Assembly: GCA_964035545.1 (NCBI GenBank)
Contig: OZ037768.1
Span: 3,814,741-3,878,740 of the forward strand
Direction of reading: 5' to 3'
From: Bugula neritina
Taxonomy: Eukaryota > Animalia > Bryozoa
Length of the DNA stretch: 64,000 nucleotides
Under the pieces are notes generated by a model. The model made no database searches. It was not told the origin of the DNA and was given only the letters and a program-made list of their open reading frames with translations. Position numbers and translations under genes: made by a program. Below, piece by piece: positions 28,301 through 39,916 of the stretch (the stretch's first letter is position 1; each line of letters begins with the position of its first letter).

Positions 28301-31300
28301 AACGGTAAGGTCTTCATGGGATATAATTGGATGTGAAACAAAAATCATAAAAACATTTTATAACACAAAGGTTATTGAAACAATATAACACATAATCAAG
28401 AATATTACATGTGATGTCTTTCACTGCAAAGTAAATGAATGCTGTATAAAAATTTCCGCTGTTAAAAACACTATTAGAATTTTATCTGTCTTTTCAATTC
28501 AGTAATTGGGGAAATGTTCACTGCGATCATTTCTTTGCCAGTTTAGAATTTGCCAGAATGACCTGAACAGCAAATCAAATTATTTTGGAAAAACCCACAC
28601 AGAATTTATATAAAATTATTTGATAAAATCAATAAAGCGATTAAGAATTACCGTTATTAGTGACTACAGGCGACACAGGGGTGGTGGGAGTTGAAACTAC
28701 CTGCTTTGAAGTCCCTGCAGGGGTGGAAGCAGTAGAAGACATACTGGGGAAGTAAGCAAGCTTAGATCTACTTGTTCCATCTGATGAAAGCAGAAGAGAT
28801 TAAGGAAAGCATAACATAAAGAATAAGTAGGAGGTTGTGGGGGGCAAATGATGGCCTATTCAGCAATTCCATTCCCTACTGTACTTTATGGTCCTATCAT
28901 TACAGTCAGGGGAGGGTAACTACTACTTTACACTACTACAAATTATTTGTCAGTTTCTCACACAGTGATCAGCACACGTACAGCATTCAGCTCAGTATAT
29001 CAACCAATCAGAATGAGACCCGAGACCACCCACCCGTTCCGCTTTCTAGACTCGCGATGCCGACTGGTTTAAATGAATATTCTTCGTCCTCCTCGTCATC
29101 GAAATTCAACTTCTGAGGTCGTACAGGTGGCGGGGACTACACATTGAATGAGTGAAACATAACACAGGAGCAATTTATATATGCATAAACAGTAATAGCA
29201 TTCTATTCAGTATATAATTTAACAAAACAACATGTCTGAGAATAAAGGAAATAGTAATTATAGTGAATATATGGAATCAAGTAATTAAGTATTGCTCATG
29301 ATTATATTTTATTATACATGTAATAAATTTTCTATCAGAATATTTGGGCAATAGAAATTGCTTTCTCTTCTCAGGTATTGTTACAACTAGAAACTTATAT
29401 TTCATAAAGCTTGAACACACTTTATAGAAATTACAGGGAAATGTTGGAATTACACTAGAAGAAAAAGTGTAGTTGTCCTATCACACATGAGAATCCTCTT
29501 TTTATAATTACTCTGCTAATTGATAATTAGCTAAAAAAACTCTATACTTATTTGCTTAATAAAAGCGCATCTCAAAAATTCATTGTTTCATTTTTTTTTT
29601 AAACCACAACTCTCCTCAAACTATAAAACAAATGCTATTTTGATTAAAATCTGTTTGAAGATTTTGATTGTTTAACTATGCAAAATTTTTGAGATGGTGA
29701 ATAAAAAGTAAAAATAGACTAATATAATGCTACATTTATAATAGCTTCAAGTAAGCATTGCTAACTAATAAGCTATGTATAAACTTCAAGAGGAATGGTT
29801 GCCATCTTTAATTTTAAAATTGTTGTCTTGACTTTCACTCACTTTTGCACACTTACATACTCATTCTAGTGACTCACCTGTTGATGCAATCCAGTTTTTA
29901 CTTTACGTAACTCGTCTTCTAGTTCTTTGATTCTTCTCTTTTGTTCTAAAGGATTAAATTGTAAACACATTGCATAAGTCTGACAGTGAAAATGATGTGG
30001 CAAAATATTTGATACGCTATTTTTACAAGTTGATAGGATCAAACAATAACAACTTGTGCTGATGCTTGAAGTTGCAATATGCTTATTTCTTAAATAGTTG
30101 AAAAATATATAAAAAAAATTCCAATTTAAAATTTAATAAACACACTAGTTGTAACAACGAATGGAAATGTGAAATTTTAAAACTTTTCATTTAAAAGATT
30201 GAAAATGAAAAGAGGATTCACATATAACTACTTATTGAAGAGAACACACAGGTGTGTTGAAGCATAAACACTTGAGTTGCCTTGTCATACATCACAGTAA
30301 GATACTGTGACTCTTGAAGCATGCTTAGAGACAAACTGACTTAACAAATGTACGTAAAATACTGACTGACAGCATAAATGTGCTTGGGAAATACGTAGAG
30401 CATTTAATAAACACTAAACAGTAACCATGCATTCTACAGAATAGAAGGTCTGTAGCAAATGCTGAGAGAACAGAAGAGAGAATAGAAGAGACACCATGTA
30501 GAGAAACGTAATGTAAGAAAATGCAACATTTACAATACAACTCAACAACTATCATATAACAGTATATATGGAAGCAGATACAGTAGATATACACATGTAA
30601 ACTACATGTACGTGGAGCATAGAACAATCACAATCAACATAGAGTAGGTGAATTGTAGGTGTAGGTTTGATACAGCATAAGATGCTTAGTACAGGCACAC
30701 TGTACTCTACAGTATAGGTACAGTGTAGATAAGTTGTAGGTAGTCTACTCTGCAGTGTAGGTACAGTGTAAGTACAGTGTAGGTACTGCACTTTATAGTG
30801 TAGGTACAGTGTAGGTACTATAGGTATAGTGTAGGTACTATAGTGTAGGTATCATACTATATAGTGCAGGTATCACAGCGAAAGTGCAGCATAACTAGTA
30901 ACTAAGAACATAATATAGGGTTCTTACAGTACAGTGAAAAAGTATCTGAGCCAATGCCTCAGGAAGCCAATAAAGTGATAGAATAGAAATTCTTTGACTA
31001 ATCACAACAAGGATTACAGAGGAGCTTACAATGGGGAAATCTGGCTATATTACCTTCCATGGTTCGTCTCAAGTCACTCTCAAATACTAACAGATAAAAC
31101 AAACGCATAAGTGAAGTCGCATCTGATTGGTCTACTCTACGTGAACAGTGACTCGTAGGAAATAAAACATACATGAACACTGTAAAAATTATATACACTA
31201 GTTACTACACTAAACATTGAAACAATATGAGCCACGTACCTTCAATGGTAGCTAGACATTTACATGAACAACTATTAGTATATGCATCTTTGATAACACT

Positions 31301-34300
31301 AACACATTCAATCAGTTGATATGTTGGCAAATATTTCTTAATGATGTACAAGGCAGCGACAAATCTTACAAAAAGTTACTCCTATGCTTACCAGTAACAA
31401 AAGTGGAAATAGATTTAAAATAGCATTTAAACTTAATACTTAGAGCAGAGCAAGATATACTCATAGCAACACATTTCAGGTTAAATCCATAAATATACTT
31501 GGAGTAGCAGCCAAATAGCTTGATACTGTAAATACTCAAACACAACACACGACATGCGCAGCACACCGTCAACAGGATAGTATGATAATTGGCAGACAGT
31601 TGTGTTAACAGTATAGAGATAAAATTCCCATTCTTCAAGCACCACTTGGGATAAAAATTATTTCGGAGACAAAGTTTTTTATTTTTCCAAACTTTACCAA
31701 ATTTTGCAAAGCAACCGTTTACACTACAAATTACTTCCTAATGCAAGCAATAGATTGCAAAAGAGTGCAGCTTTTTTACATGCATGTTGTATTACATATA
31801 CATGGCTAGTAGCCATTATATATCCATGAGTTATAGTAGTACATACACGTGACATATAGTGTCACATGCAGTGGGCCATGTCACACAATACATCTCGTTC
31901 TGTGGTGGTTACACTACTAAACATAAAAATATAAAGAGCATACCCTCATCTGAGTTGTCGTGAAAGTTGTAGTGGTTGTGATGTGTATGTGACACGTTTG
32001 TCACAGAACTCTTAGATATACTGGTTTTTGTCTCCTCCTGGACAATTTCTTGAGGTTGTTCTTCAGGCTTAATATACACTGAAACCAATGGGACAGCTAT
32101 TCATAATTATATGACTAAATTAGTAAAATATCTATATTCATAAAACACTCTTGGTACATCATGCAGTTTGAACAGCTTGACACTTATATAACCTCTACAC
32201 AGCTGTTGTGATGTTAGAAAAGGAATTTTTATTACTGCAATAAAAGCTTCTAAGAGAAATTGTTCGATATTAGTCGTGAAAACAATTTCTTTCTTCAACT
32301 GCAACTTACAAAGTATATCAGTACAGTATAGTCCAGTTAGAGAATAAGTACTGATTAAGTTAAATAAGCATAGATGTAGCATACATAGGCATACATCTAC
32401 CCTGAATAAGCACAAATCTAGGTTGTGCATGTTTAAAGCTCATTTTTCTAAGCACAAAACTATTATTTTTGTAAACAGGGTGCTAACCTGTACAAGCATG
32501 ATGCTAACCTGTATAAGCATATGCTAACCTGTACAAGCATGATGCTAACCTGTACAAGCATGATGCTAACCTGTATAAGCATATGCTAACCTGTATAAGC
32601 ATATGCTAACCTGTATAAGCATATGCTAACCTGTATAAGCATGATGCTAACCTGTATAAGCAGCAGGCTCTTGAGTTGTCACCATAACGTCTTTCTCTGT
32701 TCTATACATATTGTTAGCATTAAAGTCGTCTGCTGAACTGTCCTGACGCTTAGTCTGAACGTGCCTGAGCTCACTGAGCAGCTGCTTCTGCTGCCGATGC
32801 CTCTGGGTCACATCTTCTTGTTCCCTGCAAGTAGTGAGATTGAAAATTACTTATATCAGCTGATATAAATTTATGTAAAATAAACTTCAGTAAGAGATCG
32901 TGATTAAAAAGTTCTAATACAAAACCAGCATTTACATAAATGTTGCCTGTTGAGAAAAGAAAATGTTGAATATTGAATACCTGGAAAGCTGACGCTGTGA
33001 TAACTTTCTCTGCTGCTGCTCCAACCATCCATTACCATCGGGGGACTCAACACTATGACCTCTACCATAGTTCTTCAATCAACATTATATTGATTCATGA
33101 TAATGTTCAAAATACATGGTGTAATGTTGCTACACAATACAGCTTGATAACATGTAAAGTAATGTGATATAAAGAGGTAAATTATCAATATATTATTGTA
33201 AAACTAAAATATTTTCTTTCGAAACTAATCACTACAGATATGTCGAAACAATGAAGACACTAGCATCACTGATGTTCTCCCTGGCTAGTTTATTAAATTT
33301 ATACAGAACTTTACTTTCAGCAAATGCACAAACTAAAACACCAGCAGATTGACACATAAAACAACCCAAGTTATAGGATGTCAATTCATTTACAAAGAAA
33401 CACCTCATTCAAATATTCTGAAAAATTTAAAACCATTTTAAAAGTTCCAGAAACTTCTTATAACTGCTGCATCAGTAAACCACAGGTGGATGAGTAGAGG
33501 GGGTGAAATATACATACCACAGGTAGATGGGTAGAGGGGGTGGAGTATACATACCACAGGTAGATGGGTAGAGGGGGTGTACATACCACAGGTGGATGGG
33601 TAGAGGGGGTGTACATACCACAGGTGGATGGGCAGAAAGGGTATACATACCACAGGTGGATGGGCAGAAGGTTGAACCCTGTGAGAGGAGGAGCTGGTGG
33701 TTGTAGTGTGAGTGTCTCCTAGCAACTCTCTCAGTATCTCGTCCAACTCACTCTGTTCATGACCTACGGCACACAGCTACACAGTTGACACACATATAAT
33801 ATACATTATAATAGTAACCACTTGAGCTTCAGGAGTTATCCACTCATAAAGAACAGAAACTTTGCTAACATGGCCACAACTACTTTTACATGCAGATTGT
33901 AACCCTTTGCAGGTTGAAAATAAAAATATATATCACCCTGTGTGATATAGGAAAATCAGGTGAACCACTGAGCTAAAACTCAACCACTTCTAACTAAAAA
34001 CACACACTTTCTAATATAACGGCGTGTACAGATGGAAGAGTGTATGGCTCTAGGATTACAAAGACTCAACACAGAGAGGTGCAATGAGTGTTAGTAATTA
34101 CTTCTACTCTTCCAGATTTTATCTACTCCTATTGATTGGCCAGACCTTATTTCATGCACTCCAGACCTAATCTTACTAGAAGTACTGTAACTTTGCAGTT
34201 GAAATTGCGGGCAGGTCATGTTTTTGGACTACTATTTCAAAAGCCCAACTGTCTAGACTACACTAGACTGTTATATAACAATGCCTTTTATAAAGATGCA

Positions 34301-34975
34301 CATTTCCCACCAAGGTATAAAGCATTGTATAAATCTCTAATTTAAGAACATAATATTTACATCACGATACTGTGACACTAGTTGAACCAAGGTGCACTAC
34401 AAAAAGATAGATTGAGAGTCTGTAACACCAACTCTCAGACTATGCACTGCATGCATTGACTGATGTAGATTAAACTGATAAATTCAATAACTGATAGATG
34501 TAAGATGAGGGGTGAAACAAAGAGTATAAAATTACTGGCATATATTAGTTGCATTTATCTCGTAATGCTGTCCATCAATTTCTGTAGATAATTGCTGCAT
34601 TAAAATTATCAGATTTAATCACACAGGTGGTGGTGCCCATTGCTAATTGAATAAAAAAGATAACAGGATGTAGCAGTACAACAAGTGAAAGAAAAGTTAA
34701 AGTGGAAGTCTATATATTGCTCTGTCTGCACTGTAGAGGTATTGGAGAACTGTTGTAGTCAGCCATTTTGAAAATATAGTATCACATGTGCTTGGTGGTG
34801 CAGGAACAGATATACTGAGCAAAGAGGGAATATACTCAGAACAAAAATTTTATAGAAGCAGCTAAATAGATCTAACCTAAGCTAATAATAGCAACACAAA
34901 GTACAATAAAAAGTGAAATCAGCATGGAGAAATAAAACTACCTTCCACACCAAACAGCTCCGTCAAGTCCGACAT
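21334..34975 (-). CDS. TNS: Tensin family protein with C-terminal SH2 + PTB and no PTEN/C2 N-terminus visible; about 19 exons
   Basis: [64 protein letters not shown] (SH2); [62 protein letters not shown] (PTB). Upstream exons splice in frame to a candidate ATG at 34975 ([12 protein letters not shown]|[14 protein letters not shown]). The 5' end is less certain. Confidence 0.9.
22097..22578. repeat. (TTAC)n microsatellite, (GTAA)n on the tensin sense strand
   Basis: About 480 bp of cttacttacttac with occasional variants. Confidence 0.97.
22578..23330 (-). mobile_element. 5'-truncated non-LTR retrotransposon (RT C-terminus, CR1-group, Rex1/Babar-like) with (TCAA)n tail
   Basis: Uninterrupted frame: [15 protein letters not shown]...[18 protein letters not shown]...[11 protein letters not shown]...RDSF, stop at 22715, short 3' UTR, AATAAA, then (TCAA)n. 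Confidence 0.9.
23331..23527. repeat. Degenerate (TTAC)n microsatellite, the other half of the array interrupted by the LINE
   Basis: tttacttacttacttacttacc... seen directly. Confidence 0.85.
27221..27560. repeat. 32-bp minisatellite, ~10.6 copies, tensin intron
   Basis: atgacttagtggtggtactataaacagttact with period 32 (27221 to 27541). Confidence 0.95.
31240..31251 (-). other. Candidate 12-nt tensin microexon
   Basis: tctag|CTACCATTGAAG|gtacgt; phase 1-1 symmetric between exons 31944-32078 and 29878-29945. Confidence 0.6.
32481..32662. repeat. 20/21-bp tandem repeat (9 copies) spanning a tensin donor site
   Basis: tgctaacctgta(t/c)aagcat(g)a; the minus strand reads TACAG|GTTAGCA. Confidence 0.95.
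33480..33670. repeat. 32-38-bp tandem repeat (6 copies) spanning a tensin donor site
   Basis: Each unit has ccacaggt(g/a)gatg(g/a)g...tacata; the minus strand reads ACCTGTG|GTATGT. Confidence 0.9.
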
Positions 34976-35876
34976 ATGTAAAGAAATGGTGGAGAGGAGA
35001 GAAAGTTCGCATGTAATACGCAGAGGTCGAGATTTTGTATATAATAAGTTGACTGTGTAATTGAACCAAGATATACAGTATTACGGTACAGCATTACATA
35101 CTTAATTTATAGTATAAACTAATTAACTGGACTTATGTAAATACTGCAAAGCCTAGTTAGATCATGAGCAAATCAAGTCCACAATGCATTAGTACATCTA
35201 TCATTGCATTACTTACTCCCAATACCCTTCGGCTAACATCAAATACAATTGAACAGCAAGAAATCTTAGCTAATGCTGTTCTTATCCTAATAGGCATCAA
35301 TAAATGCTGCCTTATTTGCATGCATCCATTTTTGTCTTATATAACTAAAATGGTATCACCCATACACGCGACAAATGGCAAACTGTCAATTGCGTTTAAT
35401 TAAAAATGAATAAATCTAAAAAACTGTAGGTATGTACAAGTCACCATCTTACTAATTTATATGACTCATCGAGAGTTACGGCTATTTATAGATTGGCATA
35501 CAAGGGGAGACAATGCACACTCAACAGGGGGCAGTTTACTGTAAAATTAGTCTTCAGTCAATAAGCAGTTGCATGCATATATAATTTACTTCTAGCAATA
35601 TTAATATTACAGTTTATCAAGAATAAAACCAACTGCTACAACTAAAATGTCTTATAAACAGTATAAATAGTATTTCAAAATAATATATAGATCTATGTTA
35701 TATCCTTCAGTATTACTCTATGCCTTAGCAGTAATCACATACTACAATATCCATATCAGTTTGTGATATCCACTAAACTTAACAGCTACAACTGGTTGGC
35801 CCTACAAACAGCTACCAAATCCATCTTGTTAGTACGACTGAGGGTCCAGTCATTGCTCAAAAACTCACACAAGTGT

Positions 35877-36836
35877 TCAAACAGCATGCGGAACAACTCC
35901 TCTATCCCAAAAGTCACCTTCATTTATCAACTTTTGTCTGTAATACATCTCCCTCAGTCGATATTCTTCCTTAGAAGAAGGGGCTATATATGAAGCCCCC
36001 ATACCACGAGAACTAAGTTTTGAAGAATTCTCGGAGTGATGAGACCCGGAGTGTTCGCTGCGATGAGCAGACGAAGCCCTGGAGCTGTATTCGAATGGCG
36101 TTTGAGACCTTGACCTCAGAACTGACTGGTGACGAGGAGGCACCACTGTTATGGATACCCTCCCCAGAGAGGAGACATTTGTTATACCGTATTCATTGCT
36201 TTGAGTTGAACCTATCAGCACAGCATCAGTTGAAACTTACGCTGTCCTTTATGGAATTCAATTTCGCACGTAATTCTATGTCATTATAGTAATTACAAAC
36301 TCTTAACTTTCAACTACTAAATACTAGCTGTTAACTACTAGCTGTTAACTACTAGCTGTTAACTAATAGCTGTTAACTACTAACTGTTAACTACTAACTG
36401 TTAACTACTAGCTGTTAACTACTAACTCTTGACAAATAACTACTAACTACTAGTTACTAATGTTTATCAAAGTTTACTTTGCACAGTTTAGCTAATTTTT
36501 GTCATGTAAACAAAATACTACTTTAAAAAGCATGCATATCAGTGAACAGGACAAAAATAGTCATTTATTTACAATGGAGAACTGGGCAGGCTAGTGTAAA
36601 TATTGAAAATGCAAAGTTGATATTTGTGCCTATGCTATTTTGTAGAGCAATGCAAATCTGTATTGATTTCAGTTTATCAACTGCCAATGATTTGAGTGTC
36701 AAAAGTATTAATAAGACATGAACATTATATAACTTAGAGATCGAGTAGTGTGACTGATATTCAATCTAAACCTCAAACGATATAAAAATCTATACTAACT
36801 TGGAATAGCGTGTGCAGACATAGTAGATGTTGACAT
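35877..36836 (-). CDS. Possible small two-exon ORF (~123 aa, Ser-rich) or alternative 5' tensin exons
   Basis: ATG 36836 (MSTSTMSAHAIP), donor at 36799, phase-1 acceptor at 36211 continuing STQSNEYG...WDRGVVPHAV*. GC-richer than the flanks; no family recognised. Confidence 0.4.
36322..36425. repeat. 14-bp tandem repeat, ~7 copies
   Basis: actagctgttaact units. Confidence 0.9.
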
Positions 36837-38996
36837 GCTACAGGAGTCACGCAATGTTTGTTACAGTCACAGTTCCTTCAGTTGCGTGTTGTGACACTAG
36901 GTCACATCTGTTGCTTGCATTTGCTGATGCGATTCTCAGAGCTATAATCCCAGCTACAGAAACATATAAAAATAACTAGTTCCATGTTAATCTACACTTT
37001 ACAGTTATTAACACCCAGTAAGTATACAGTGTATAGCAATCACCAGCAAAACATACTAGAAAACAGTTTCATAAAAAATAAAACATAAAATAAAAAAGTC
37101 TAAAATATAAAAATAATAACCTAATATATAATTGTATTATATTACGTTTAATATATATATATATATTAATTAAAGTCCAGTTTCACATACGTATCAACAA
37201 AACTATTTGAAACACAAGCTGATATCTCTTGTGACACTCTAGCATCAAGCTGAGAATAATTTAGTGTAAGTCCTCAGAGTAGAGACTAGAGAATATAGTA
37301 AACTGGCGTTACATTCATTATAACTTCAGATAAGATCTGCAAGCGCCTATTGAATGAGTGAAAAGTGAATATAATAAGTGAGACATGGGTAGTTGAATTT
37401 CAATAGAAGTCAGATGCAACCATCCCCAAGGGCACCTAAAGCTAAAAAAAACTATAAAGATAATTGACAATGCCCAGCTGTAAACTATAGTAATATGTGA
37501 CAAATAGTGTAGCTGTGTAACATGACAGTAATGATTGTAGTTGACTAAGAACACTATCATAACAGTTCAGGTTCCTCTTTAAAAAGAATTTGAGAAATAG
37601 ATCATTATAAGATATATAATAACATAATATATATAATATATCTAAAAACACCCAGTAAAATGTTACAAAAAATTCATATTTCCAGCCGGCAAACAGCATT
37701 TAACTTACCAGGTATGAAAATGAATTAGACGTCAATATTGTATATCCTTGCGTGAAAAGGTTAGAGAATAAAATAAACCTGTGCAAATGTCAGGTATGTT
37801 GATAACATGCAGCTGCAGCGGCACTGACGGCAGCGGTAGAGGCAGCGTACTTAGTGTTAACAACTCAGCTCAAACTATAGTAACTTAAAAGGATGTGAAC
37901 TAATAACTGCTCATTATCAGTTAAAAGAGATGTGGATTAAATTATCTAAAACAATTGCACACTTACTAATTAAAAGAGATAAAGACTCGTTAGCATAGCT
38001 AATATCACTCACTTTGTGAAGATAATTGCGCTTACTTTACAGGTACTATATTACATTAACATATTATTACATTATTAAATCCACAATGAAGCATAGACAC
38101 GTAGGAATGTTAGAACCTGTGGTGCACTAGCTGGAGAGATGTAGTAAATAATACAGTAGCTCCCTCTACCTACACAGGATAACCATAATCAAATATAACT
38201 TACATATTATTTCATTTCTACTTGACATTATCCTTTCTAAATATCGTACATAACTCTACAAGTCAAATACTTCACATTTATAGTAGTATGCATATGTGTA
38301 TTGCAAAGCAAACAGTAGGCAGATTGTCTTGCAGTAAATAATAATCTATGGACATTACCTTATTTCTAGTCACCCAGAATAAAATGATGGTCATGAAAAG
38401 TTACTCCTTCAGGCTAATATCTGTTGGCTACAAATAAAAGATGATTATTTCATGTATTTACAACCCGCTGTGTTAAAAACATGCTCGAGGTTATCATTTG
38501 AAAGTGAAGCTGGTAATTGATTCACTCTACATGTTGAAGGAGCAAGCAATGCAGAGTTTACATAGATTGCATCTACTCATTCCTTATATACTATTTGATT
38601 TATATGTAATTCAACACCATTAGCTAAACAAATGCTGATAAGATATATTTTACTACAATATTTTAGGTCATAGTAGCCTTTAACATAATAACCTGCCATA
38701 GTTTAGGCTACACAAGTGACTATGCGCCACCACATGACTTGTAAACTCAACTCGCCTCTAGTAGGTGTAGAGATTAGCTTAGGTCTCTAACATTTTGCGT
38801 GGCTTTGGAATCGAATATACATGCTATATTTACTGTATAGATAGTTTTTCATAGAACTAACACTATACTAACAACCTGCAAGTACCTACCTGAGGTGTCA
38901 ACTCAAAGAATTACCTAAAAGTCATCTACTGCTACCTGAATAACCATATGCTATCACCGCCAAAACCTCACTTTGAAGAGATGTTTTTAGACAGTG

Positions 38997-39125
38997 CACT
39001 TATACCATTGCTATACAGTATACTTACCATTGCTATACAGTATACTTACCATTGCTATACAGTGTACTTACCATTGCTATACAGTATACTTACCATTGCT
39101 ATACAGTATACTCACCATTGCTATA
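38997..39125. repeat. 22-bp tandem repeat, ~6 copies
   Basis: cttaccattgctatacagtata units. Confidence 0.9.
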
Positions 39126-39643
39126 TAATATATATATACTTATCGACAAGCAAACCTGTTACCAACTTACCCTAAAGATATGTCTCTCTCCATTGATACA
39201 GTGTAATGAGTAATATAAGCATGATTACATATAGTAATATATTACCATATTATTACTATATTCAGTTTACAGCATAATTACGTCTAGTGAATGGTTGTAC
39301 TATTATAATATGATAATTTATATGAATAATTTAGGTTGAAGATAACAACTACTGTAATAGTAGTATAACAGGACTAAGATTACAGTTGCCATATGACAAG
39401 AGGTAAATATAAACCATAAAGACAAGTAAGGAATGTCTAGGAAAATACACAAAGTATGTATATAAAGCAATTCAACATTTCTATGGCTTCTTATACATTT
39501 TATTATATAAAATCATTCTATTATAATCTCCAACAGACTACAGCACACTTTCACATAAATTATATCGTGTGAATGGCAACATAATTCTTAGAACATCTCA
39601 TTACTAATTTCTTAATACAATATGAGGAGAAATGGGACACTTA

Positions 39644-39916
39644 GCGTAGGGCCACACGAGCGTATTTTCTCAAATTCGAACCACAAGTAGAAAAGGTATC
39701 CACTGTACACGAATTTCATGCGTTGAGATTGCTGAACGGCAAGTGCGAATATTTTTTATCATCGTTATTTAATGGGCTGGCTTATTTAGCGAGCCCATGC
39801 TTTTTAGTGCGTTGAGAATGCTGAATCGTATTCTCAGCCCGTGACATTAGTGTACAGTGGACACCTTTTCTACCCATGGTGCAAATCTTCGTCGGCAAAA
39901 ATATGCCCACTTACGC
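39644..39916. mobile_element. MITE-like element, PIF/Harbinger-like (TTA target-site duplication)
   Basis: TTA on both sides; termini gcgtagggc / gcccacttacgc; internal 24-bp inverted repeat gtagaaaaggt(a/g)tccactgtacac. Confidence 0.7.

Noticed and set aside
30690-30870. gtgtaggtacagt degenerate repeat as another donor array
   Set aside because: AG|GTA lies antisense to tensin, so it is a counter-example.
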